From sequence record PP763253.1: DNA of 64,000 bases; one strand, given 5' to 3'. The position numbers and the translations under genes were made by a program. Positions 29,701-36,437 of this stretch are shown here, in pieces (position 1 is the first letter of the stretch; each line of letters begins with the position of its first letter). The notes beneath the pieces were generated by a model. The model was not told where the DNA came from. It made no database searches and saw only the letters and a list, made by a program, of their open reading frames with translations. The stretch comes from Acinetobacter phage Ab1-TPeters.

Positions 29701-29988
29701 CAAGAGATTGGTGCGACAGCTCTAGACTTATGTGAGCTGAAGAGCTTCACTGAACTTGAAAATGGTTTAGAAATCATTCTCGGAGGTGACGAAGAGGCTG
29801 TAAATAAACTGGTTGACAAGTTTAGAGTAGAGAGTGCTAAGTACGTTATTGACAACACTGAAATCATTGACAGTTCAGACTCATATACATCTTGGGAAGG
29901 ATTGTTTACTGAGAAAGGTGCATATAGTTCAGATCGTGGTCAAACGTTAAAGAAAGTTAAGACTAAAGTGACTCTTCGCTATAGTTAA
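26779..29988 (+). CDS. family A DNA polymerase with 3'-5' exonuclease domain
   Basis: 1069 aa; Exo I IGYDIEAND; motif A HIDFSQAELVM; motif B RRVAKTVSFGIVYGKG; motif C FVHDALDH. Confidence 0.85.
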   Translation: MTKFLTDLTLQDQAVFILLSQTNNSRAFENGYAADFLNFVTINSPHRIGYVEITNENEEHVLNQEEISKLKDLVGNRKVILLGKNTVKAIAGELINNRVRYLSLLDMSYLTCANLGKVAICGHPMSYKDVFKGNVDAQQKLILRVDELIQPRAKEYEVEIVAPSLDDLEDILNLCANQPAIGYDIEANDLDIWAAHWEKNLFSLSVFESESKLMSFWFNWREFTSDHKRLFENFLDKNQSKIWTYNCTYEIQAAWRVFGKRYLFQDALILTTMDANRGDLKTNARKYLKCDFWEDELASIRDVYEAFFKLFLDKGKKNSIHDEFKAFVKSDQFQNLDNLREFLISKGRKPEWMNDINDLAVALGEDEVVKGISEFPYQWSAVPFDILGKYCCYDSAYTLPIAAKLYGKYEKGYKHYIKHPWLACIFEAWGCGWDESKAKEVEKDYLRLMNESLSELILNLQPKLGLRALDVKPILQWKLPHEATSYTATGKERKHKVLSEYDRHGWIKGIYNPGSNTADARAVFWDVYLTERVELATFAYTLVNDLRFRGIWEKLLIKMIEMTEFKSKDESKTENEFLTEYGAAQVLEMLSVFLENPNLTDRETVKILASSFTETNKTYKDNTGRNAKEVMAAQYEIQCQFFGVDIDDESTWTPEFKILFLLQKYKKVAKALSTYVNGKLGRGCVWLSKVFPDRPPVRLKPYHEVEEGYKLKLDEKLIAFYDFNSLSASTHRWGSGFHTISPGVAIRSALVPYYSNQIWTHIDFSQAELVMLAFFSQDPNMIKVFMEGGDMHRYVASLVYQKKPEDVTSEERRVAKTVSFGIVYGKGIENLALEITGGDVPRAQAIFDAFFVSFPGIKKWMDERKTQGRETGKVTNLFGALIEVEDGFSKGNAIDRHSVNYPIQSSSSMVAGGSMYDLCSTVDQQGIFGTGVGFVHDALDHTVDIDNLVNFLVYSKKVMQDQVYEELGTPMKIDQEIGATALDLCELKSFTELENGLEIILGGDEEAVNKLVDKFRVESAKYVIDNTEIIDSSDSYTSWEGLFTEKGAYSSDRGQTLKKVKTKVTLRYS

Positions 29989-29996
29989 TTAAGATT

Positions 29997-30022
29997 GGGA
30001 TTCTTCGGAATCCCGATTTTTA
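29997..30022 (+). terminator. rho-independent terminator
   Basis: GGGATTC-TTCG-GAATCCC hairpin followed by GATTTTTAG. Confidence 0.55.
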
Positions 30023-30050
30023 GGGCAGTTTGAAACTCGCAAATGAGTCT

Positions 30051-30184
30051 AAAAGCTGTTTCTTAGAAAGTGTTGAAGCCTGTTCTTTTTACAGGGCTTT
30101 GGCACTTTAGGTGCAGGATAAAGTAGGGGAAACAGCTGTTTTCCTGTCTCTTAAAAGTTGCTAAAACCTGTTTCGTTGTAGGGG
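30051..30184 (+). promoter_or_regulatory. two tandem copies of the conserved intergenic element upstream of the RNAP-associated operon
   Basis: AAAAGCTGTTTCTTAGAAAGTG + GAAGCCTGTTCTTTTTACAGGG, then AACAGCTGTTTTCCTGTCTCTTAAAAGTTG + AAAACCTGTTTCGTTGTAGGGG. Confidence 0.45.
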
Positions 30185-30212
30185 TTATATTTTCTTTTAT
30201 GATCTTGCTATT

Positions 30213-30824
30213 GTGTTCTTAATTTTTGTTCGGGTATTTGTAATGTCTTCAGAAAGGCAATCTACTTTAGCTCTATCCTTAAATGAGTTAGAGTTTATTA
30301 ATCCAGATGCATACTTAAATGCGTCTAATTCCACCTCCTTACGGGATTTCGATTATTGGCATTCGCGTGCAACTAACAACGCGAGCTATACCGAGAACCT
30401 TATTCAGGAGGAGTATCGTCGTCAGTATCCGAATTACGATCGCGTAACTCAGATGCATTCCTCGTCAACTGAGGTAACACCTGGAATGAACGGGGGTTCA
30501 GTCCAGAGTTTAATTTCAAGTGCAATACCTGAAATTGATCCTCAGAAAGAGTCAGAGTTTTTGATTCTAGTTCAATCTATCTTGAATAGGTTTGATTTCT
30601 TCGAAAATGAGCAGAAATTGAATCTTATTAAGGTATTTGGTTTTACTATCAATGCCGCTGGCTTATCGACACATCATCCAGACCTAGTTGAGCATGTCTC
30701 TCACTTTAGAGAAATTAAGTTTCCTAATATAGCTGATTTACATCGGTATGTTGGATCACGAACTAAAGCAGATGAAGCACGTAAACTTTTCAAAAACATT
30801 GCAGCAGAATATTTCTTAGGGTAA
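30213..30824 (+). CDS. hypothetical protein immediately upstream of RNAP beta-prime (possible start ATG 30243)
   Basis: 203 aa; position suggests it may be co-transcribed with the RNAP subunit gene. Confidence 0.35.
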   Translation: MFLIFVRVFVMSSERQSTLALSLNELEFINPDAYLNASNSTSLRDFDYWHSRATNNASYTENLIQEEYRRQYPNYDRVTQMHSSSTEVTPGMNGGSVQSLISSAIPEIDPQKESEFLILVQSILNRFDFFENEQKLNLIKVFGFTINAAGLSTHHPDLVEHVSHFREIKFPNIADLHRYVGSRTKADEARKLFKNIAAEYFLG

Positions 30825-30830
30825 TTAATA

Positions 30831-32144
30831 ATGAATAACCGTATCAACCTAGTATTAAGCGTAGCTCGTGATTCAGACATCCGCAAGACTACCAATGGGG
30901 AAGTAACTAACATCGGTTTATATAATTTTAGATTCAAAGAGCCTGTTCCATTTGAGGGTGGATTATTCTGTCAAAAGATTTTTGGGCCAATCAAAGACTA
31001 CACTTGTGCATGCGGTGCACGTAAAGGTGGTAAGACAGTTGATGGTAAAGCACCATCTTGCGAGATCTGTGGGGTAGATCTAGTGAAGTCTGAGGTTCGT
31101 TCAAAACGTGAAGGTTATATTGATGCGAAAGTACATTATGTAAATGCATATGCAATGCCACTCTTGGGTGCAATTCTTCAAATTGGTGAGGGTAATATTG
31201 AAGGAATATGCAATGGTACTATGTATTTCCGTTTTAAAGAATCAATGAACGGTCTTCGTTCAATGTCTGGTAAGTTTTATTCAATTGAGCTATCAAAAGA
31301 AGACAAGACTTGGGGTACTTCTGCTGAGGAGCTCCTGGATGCAATTCAAGATCTTGATTTGGATTCTGCTTACATTATGAAGAACTGCAATAGCCGAGAC
31401 GTGAATCGCTATCACGATAAGGGTTACACTATTTCAGACTTCTTCTGCTCTCACGTGCGAGTGTCCCCTCCACGTACTCGTGATATGTCCGTAGTAAATA
31501 AGGATATATCATTTCACCCAGTAAACAACATCTACGCTCGTATCGTTCGAATTGGAGCACGAGTAGCAACTTTAACCAACCAGATTCTGGAATATGATGG
31601 TGAGTTAAACTTAGAGCAATTAAAACAAGTGATTCGTGGTGAATCAATTGTGCTCCAAGCGCTAATTGATGCCTTGTTGTTTAAAGGAGCTACAGATTAC
31701 CGTGGAAATGAGATTCCATCAGTTATCTCTTCACTTGGAGGTAAGGAAGGTATCGTCCGTGGTAACTTACTGGGTAAACGAGTTGACTTCTCTGGTCGAT
31801 CTGTGATCATTTCCGGACCTGAACTTCCGTTAGATACAATCGGTGTTCCTTGGAAAATGATGTATGAGTTGCTTAAGCCGTTTATTCTGAATAAGCTAAT
31901 TGAGCATCTTGAGGATCTTGATGGTATTTTAACCAGCCAGACTTTGAAGAAAGCTCGAACTATGTATGCTAACAAGAGCACAGAAGCAATGATGTTTATG
32001 CGAGAGTTAGCAGACAGACACTGGGCATTCTTGAATCGTGCACCGTCACTTCACAGATACTCAGTAATGGCGTTCAAAATACAGCTTCACAGTGGTAAAG
32101 CAATTAAGCTGCCACCTATGCTTTGTTCACCATTCAACGCGGAT
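30831..32144 (+). CDS. multisubunit RNA polymerase beta-prime subunit, N-terminal half, exon 1
   Basis: Zinc-binding CACG...CEICG region aligns with E. coli beta-prime C70-C88; GKRVDFSGRSVIISGPEL aligns with [36 protein letters not shown] aligns with LLNRAPTLHRLGIQAFEP; exon ends ...PFNAD, the first three residues of the catalytic NADFDGD motif. Confidence 0.85.
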
Positions 32145-32504
32145 TAATCCCAAGCAGAGTCCGCCCAGATTAGAAATGATTTGGACAAAAACTTCCTTAA
32201 TTGCTGGAACGTCCTTAATGGATAATCAGCAGCTGGGTTCAATTATGAACAGAGTTCAACGACTATCGAAAGCCGATTTAGAGTGGGGACAATCTAAATT
32301 GAAGCAAGTAGAGTACAGCCAAGCGGTAGGTTGTTACGTGGAATGGCGTAACAATAATTCCTTTAAATGGAAACAGGAAGACCTAATCACTGTAGACCAC
32401 AGTGTAAGGATATGAGATAGTCTCAACGTTCTATAGTAATATAGAGCAGTGTTTATAGCCAATAAACACGGTCGTAAGCTAGCGATTTACGATGAAGATA
32501 ATTG
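32145..32504 (+). other. group I self-splicing intron (ORF-less, 360 nt)
   Basis: 5' exon ends in U32144. Internal guide GUCCGC (32159-32164) pairs with exon GCGGAU, with a U-G wobble at the splice site. P7 halves CAACGACUAUCG (~32256-32268) and GAUAUGAGAUAGUCUC (~32409-32425) form GACUA/UAGUC. Terminal G at 32504 sits immediately before exon 2, which encodes FDGDQMAIH. Confidence 0.8.
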
Positions 32505-32678
32505 TTTGATGGGGATCAAATGGCAATTCACCTTATTCTTAGTTGTCAAGCAATGGATGAAGTCGAGTTCATTCGTGTTCAGAACAACCGTATGAATTCT
32601 ATTAACTGGGATACACCTTTACTCGCTCCGAGCCATGAGCAGATTGTGGGCTTACTTGAATTAACTTTGGGCGAATAA
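32505..32678 (+). CDS. RNA polymerase beta-prime N-terminal half, exon 2
   Basis: Translates FDGDQMAIHLILSCQAMDEVEFIRVQNNRMNSINWDTPLLAPSHEQIVGLLELTLGE; aligns with E. coli [55 protein letters not shown]; stop at 32676-32678, so the subunit is split here. Confidence 0.8.
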   Translation, partial: FDGDQMAIHLILSCQAMDEVEFIRVQNNRMNSINWDTPLLAPSHEQIVGLLELTLGE

Positions 32679-32688
32679 GGAGAGATTT

Positions 32689-33042
32689 ATGTTTATTTCA
32701 GAAGAAAAGATTTTACATCACATTTGCTCTAAGAATGAGTTCAATCATTACGTAGGGGAAGATGAGAATATTACTGAGAAACGCCTTCTTGACAGATTAT
32801 GTCAAGAAGGGAAGATAACTCTGATTTCAGAGGACTCTGCTCAACAATGGTACCTTCCTACTAATATCGGGAGATTAAGAGATCTTGAGTATAAAGTTAA
32901 TTATAGAATTGCAGCTAAGCTAAATATGCCTCACTGGATTTCAGTTAAATTAGGTAATCTTATAAATTCCTTCTATCAGGATAACGATTACGTTAACTAC
33001 GCCAGGTGTCTAAATTTACAGAAAAAGGTAGATAAAAAGTAG
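32689..33042 (+). CDS. hypothetical protein
   Basis: 117 aa ORF with AGGAG RBS. Confidence 0.3.
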   Translation: MFISEEKILHHICSKNEFNHYVGEDENITEKRLLDRLCQEGKITLISEDSAQQWYLPTNIGRLRDLEYKVNYRIAAKLNMPHWISVKLGNLINSFYQDNDYVNYARCLNLQKKVDKK

Positions 33043-33043
33043 C

Positions 33044-33091
33044 AAAAGCTGTCTCTTAAAAAGTGCTAAAACCTGTTAAGATGTCGGGGGG
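33044..33091 (+). promoter_or_regulatory. conserved bipartite intergenic element copy
   Basis: AAAAGCTGTCTCTTAAAAAGTG...AAAACCTGTTAAGATGTCGGGGGG then GGGGGGATTTTCCCCTCG hairpin. Confidence 0.45.
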
Positions 33092-33122
33092 ATTTTCCCC
33101 TCGCTTAAAACAGGAGTTAGTT

Positions 33123-33353
33123 ATGTTTGGCAAATATCAGTTAACTGTCGTGGTAAATGGGTTCAACTCTTTCATTATTTCTGCAAACGTTAATAAGTAT
33201 AGTGAATTGGTTGAAAAGTTTGAACAATATGCTAATCAGAAATATGCTGGGTTCAAATTCGAAGAAGTTTCTTACAAAGAGCCTGTCATGAAAAGCTCAA
33301 AAGAAATTCGACTTAATCGCGACGAAAACTTCGAAGTAATTACACTGGATTAA
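33123..33353 (+). CDS. hypothetical protein
   Basis: Start moved from 33063 (inside conserved intergenic element) to ATG 33123 after RBS CAGGAG. Confidence 0.3.
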   Translation: MFGKYQLTVVVNGFNSFIISANVNKYSELVEKFEQYANQKYAGFKFEEVSYKEPVMKSSKEIRLNRDENFEVITLD

Positions 33354-33355
33354 AA

Positions 33356-33700
33356 ATGAAACACCAAAACAAATTAATGTTAATGTCTAAATCGGAATCT
33401 TTAAAACCAGCTCTTCGTGGCTTCTTATTGGAGAGCGTTAAGCAAAATGATCTTAATAGACCAGCTTATCTTGATAATTTTGTTAACTCAGGGATATTTG
33501 GGGTAGTTGAAAAACAACGAGTGAAGATATTAAAATCAGATCGGTCAGATCTCTTAGTAGCTGGTGTGATTTATGACTTATCTAGAGTTCTTGAAATTAA
33601 TGAAATTCTTAATAATCTAAAACCAGCTGAAGCTGAAATTGAAATGACCTTTGAAGATAAATTTATGGCTTTCTACGCTGGCGGTAGTCATATTCACTAA
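33356..33700 (+). CDS. hypothetical protein
   Basis: 114 aa ORF. Confidence 0.3.
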   Translation: MKHQNKLMLMSKSESLKPALRGFLLESVKQNDLNRPAYLDNFVNSGIFGVVEKQRVKILKSDRSDLLVAGVIYDLSRVLEINEILNNLKPAEAEIEMTFEDKFMAFYAGGSHIH

Positions 33701-33709
33701 GGAATATAT

Positions 33710-34441
33710 ATGAATAAACGTATCTCAGATCATCTTCTTAAAATTTCTGAATTGAAAAGACTTGCCAAACATAACTCTTATCAATATGGATCTTACAGGA
33801 AAGCAGCTGATGTAATTAGAAATCTAAACTTCGAACTAACTCCGGATTATGATTTCAAATCACTTCGTGGAGTAGGAGCTGCAATTGATTCTGAAATACG
33901 TGAATTCTTAGAGTGTGGTGATAAAACCCCAAGATTCAAAAAGTACTACTCTGAAATCTCAGCTGAGTATATTGCCAATGACGAAGAAGTTAAAGATTCT
34001 ATTCTTGACTTCTTTACGGAATTTGGTAGTGACTACAAGGTATCTGTAGCTGGTTCAATAAGAAGAAACTCACCTTTCATTAGGGACGTTGATTTACTAA
34101 CTACAGCTCCAGCTAAAGTAATCTACGACATGTTAGAAAAATCTGCTAGATTTGAATACGTCTATGGGGCAGATCGTAAGGTTAGATTCAAAGACGTATT
34201 TCTTGATCTGGAATATGACATCAAGATGTGTCCTGAAGAGTCATGGATCCCTTGTTTACTGCACTCAACTGGATCAGCGGCACATAATATCCAGATGAGA
34301 GCTAGAGCCAAGAAGCTCGGTCTTACTCTAAATGAATACGGTTTATTTGACAAAGACAAACCTGTTAGGCAATGTTATACAGATGAGCGTGAGATCTTTG
34401 AGGATCTTGGAATGATTTATATCTCTCCGGAGTATCGCTGA
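33710..34441 (+). CDS. minimal family X DNA polymerase (Pol beta-like)
   Basis: 243 aa; HhH-like LRGVGAAIDSEI; VAGSIRRNSPFIRDVDLLTTAP matches Pol beta GSFRRG...DMDVLLTHP; C-terminus LHSTGSAAHNIQMRARAKKLGLTLNEYGLF...EREIFEDLGMIYISPEYR matches Pol beta YFTGS..FN..MR..A...G..LNEY.......E..IF..L...Y..PE.R. Confidence 0.6.
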   Translation: MNKRISDHLLKISELKRLAKHNSYQYGSYRKAADVIRNLNFELTPDYDFKSLRGVGAAIDSEIREFLECGDKTPRFKKYYSEISAEYIANDEEVKDSILDFFTEFGSDYKVSVAGSIRRNSPFIRDVDLLTTAPAKVIYDMLEKSARFEYVYGADRKVRFKDVFLDLEYDIKMCPEESWIPCLLHSTGSAAHNIQMRARAKKLGLTLNEYGLFDKDKPVRQCYTDEREIFEDLGMIYISPEYR

Positions 34442-34491
34442 GAGCTCAAAAATGAGCTCAAAAGCTTTTTAAGTGTAATGGAGGCTTCGCT

Positions 34492-34761
34492 ATGAAACTA
34501 ACAATAGAAACTGACCAAAATATAAAGTCAGTAAAACTGGAAATTGAGTTTGAAGGTGGTTCAGTAACTAAAACTTCTCAGAATTTTGTTACTGAAAATT
34601 CAACAACTCAAAATCACGTTCACTCTACACCTGTAGAGTCACCTAAACAGTTTGAAGAAGTAAAACCTGTTAAGCGTGAAGTTAAAGAAATACATCAGGA
34701 AGACAAGCCTGAAGAAAGAGCACCTAACATAGATTCTGGCATGATGGATACAACAATATGA
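34492..34761 (+). CDS. hypothetical protein
   Basis: 89 aa ORF. Confidence 0.3.
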   Translation: MKLTIETDQNIKSVKLEIEFEGGSVTKTSQNFVTENSTTQNHVHSTPVESPKQFEEVKPVKREVKEIHQEDKPEERAPNIDSGMMDTTI

Positions 34762-35621
34762 AAATTATTCGATCTTACTTTTTCAGCAATGCTTTTAAGT
34801 ATGAAAACATAGAGCCAACTAAAGATAATTTAGTTAAATTGAAAGAGCAATATGAAAAAGTAACTGGCTTAGCTGTAGTTGACGATATTATTACTGATTT
34901 TGATATGATTGAAGAAATTGGTAATTTTGTTGAATCCAATAACTTTAAATCTCCAGATCAACATTCTAGTTTTAAAGCTGGTCCAATTGCTAGTGATTAT
35001 TTTCGCTTTATTTCAATTACGAAGGCTTTTGAGGCTCGAGAGATTGGAGATGAAGTGTTCTATGTTGATAGTGACATGGTTTTCAGTGATAAAGCTAAAG
35101 AATTCTTTAAAGGTAAGCTAGGTAATGATAAACCTAAGATGAAAACTATGTGTATTTCATCTTTATCAGCAAATGGAAGTAGAATTAGTGGTTACGTCGA
35201 GCACTGGTTTAACGGTATCTTCCAGACTAATATGGCTGCAGCTTACTTAATGCTGCATTGCATTGAATATATTCTTTTTGAAGATGACTCCAATATCGAT
35301 GAGAAACTCAAAAATGACCTCAACAGCTTTTTAATTAGAATGAAGAATCGTCAGAAAGTTCCTTGGGGTCTGATTGGAACTAGACTTATGGAGTTCTTAG
35401 TTAAAACTGGCCGACTTGAAATTATCCAAGATAATTCTATGACTTCAGTTGTCCTAGGAACTTATACTAACAAGTTTATCCGTGAAAACACTAAGCTTGA
35501 CGTAAACGTTCTACTAAATCATATTGATACAGCTAATACTGCTAATAATAGAAATTATGATTTAGACATTGTAATGACTAACACTGGGTTTAACCGAGTT
35601 TATTTATTGGATTTCAAATGA
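34758..35621 (+). CDS. putative GT-A fold glycosyltransferase (DxD motif)
   Basis: 287 aa; FYVDSDMVF resembles the DxD nucleotide-sugar binding motif of GT-A/GT8-like transferases; first gene of a sugar-nucleotide cluster; weak. Confidence 0.3.
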   Translation: MKIIRSYFFSNAFKYENIEPTKDNLVKLKEQYEKVTGLAVVDDIITDFDMIEEIGNFVESNNFKSPDQHSSFKAGPIASDYFRFISITKAFEAREIGDEVFYVDSDMVFSDKAKEFFKGKLGNDKPKMKTMCISSLSANGSRISGYVEHWFNGIFQTNMAAAYLMLHCIEYILFEDDSNIDEKLKNDLNSFLIRMKNRQKVPWGLIGTRLMEFLVKTGRLEIIQDNSMTSVVLGTYTNKFIRENTKLDVNVLLNHIDTANTANNRNYDLDIVMTNTGFNRVYLLDFK

Positions 35622-35926
35622 CTCTACATATTAAGAACATCACTAAGGAAGGTCGTCTAATTAAACAAGACGATCGTTATACAGTAACTGACGTTAATCA
35701 TCTTAATAATCTTACTGTTTCAGAAACTGTTTTGAATGCAGGTAAAGCTACTTCTGGTCATTCACACGATGGTTTGGAAGAAGTCTACATGTTCACCAAA
35801 GGTTCTGGTTTAATGGAGCTAGGTGAGCCTAATTCAGAAGGTTTCGAGATCAATACTTATGGTGTTGAAGCAGGAGATACAGTTTGTGTCCCTGCAGGTT
35901 GGTTTCACAAGGTACTCAACAATTAA
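35618..35926 (+). CDS. cupin-fold protein (possible sugar-phosphate isomerase)
   Basis: Both canonical cupin motifs are intact: G-HSH-DGLE-EVYMFTK-G and G-DTVCV-P-A-G-WF-H-KVL-N. Confidence 0.6.
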   Translation: MTLHIKNITKEGRLIKQDDRYTVTDVNHLNNLTVSETVLNAGKATSGHSHDGLEEVYMFTKGSGLMELGEPNSEGFEINTYGVEAGDTVCVPAGWFHKVLNN

Positions 35927-35963
35927 GAGTCAACTCTAACATTTACAGCGATTTTCCAGAAAT

Positions 35964-36437
35964 ATGAGCGATAAGAAAGTCATTGGCTTTACTTGTTCAA
36001 CTTTCGACTTACTGCATGCTGGTCATGTAGTAATGCTCGAAGAGTGCCGCAAGCATTGCGACTACCTAATTGTTGGTCTTCAGAACGACCCTACACTGGA
36101 TAGACCAACTAAAAATAAACCAATACAGAGTATCATTGAACGTCAAATTCAACTGCGTGGTTGCTCCTACGTGGATGAAATTGTTGTTTACAACACTGAG
36201 GCTGATCTGGTAGATCTTCTCTTATCTTATAATATTGATGTGAGAATTTTAGGTGTTGAATATCAGAAAGCTGAATTCACTGGAAAGCAAGAATGCTTAG
36301 ATAAGGGAATTCACCTCATATTTAATTCTAGAGATCATTCTTTCAGCTCTTCTGAGTTACGTAAACGAGTTCATTCAGCTGAAGAATCAAAGAGATCAGA
36401 AATTTCTTTTACTGAGGATCAGTTTCGTGAAAAATAA
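35964..36437 (+). CDS. cytidylyltransferase-fold sugar-phosphate nucleotidyltransferase (TagD / HldE-C-like)
   Basis: FDLLHAGH (HxGH) motif; YLIVGLQNDPTLDRPTKNKP and YVDEIVVY...DVRILGVEY follow the TagD / HldE domain II pattern. Confidence 0.65.
   Translation: MSDKKVIGFTCSTFDLLHAGHVVMLEECRKHCDYLIVGLQNDPTLDRPTKNKPIQSIIERQIQLRGCSYVDEIVVYNTEADLVDLLLSYNIDVRILGVEYQKAEFTGKQECLDKGIHLIFNSRDHSFSSSELRKRVHSAEESKRSEISFTEDQFREK

Noticed and set aside
26779-29988. Intein in the DNA polymerase
   Set aside because: No Cys/Ser plus His-Asn splice junction pair or LAGLIDADG/HNH blocks were seen. The extra length appears to be ordinary domain expansion.
32092-32415. 107-aa ORF overlapping the end of beta-prime exon 1 and most of the intron
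   Set aside because: Different frame from the exon. It crosses the exon-intron boundary, has no recognisable HNH, GIY-YIG or LAGLIDADG motifs, and the intron core elements (P7) lie inside it. Most likely a chance ORF.
4924-33091. Possibility that the repeated intergenic motif is a CRISPR array or MITE
   Set aside because: Copies are dispersed, each immediately upstream of a gene. Spacing is irregular, and there are no spacers or terminal inverted repeats/target-site duplications.
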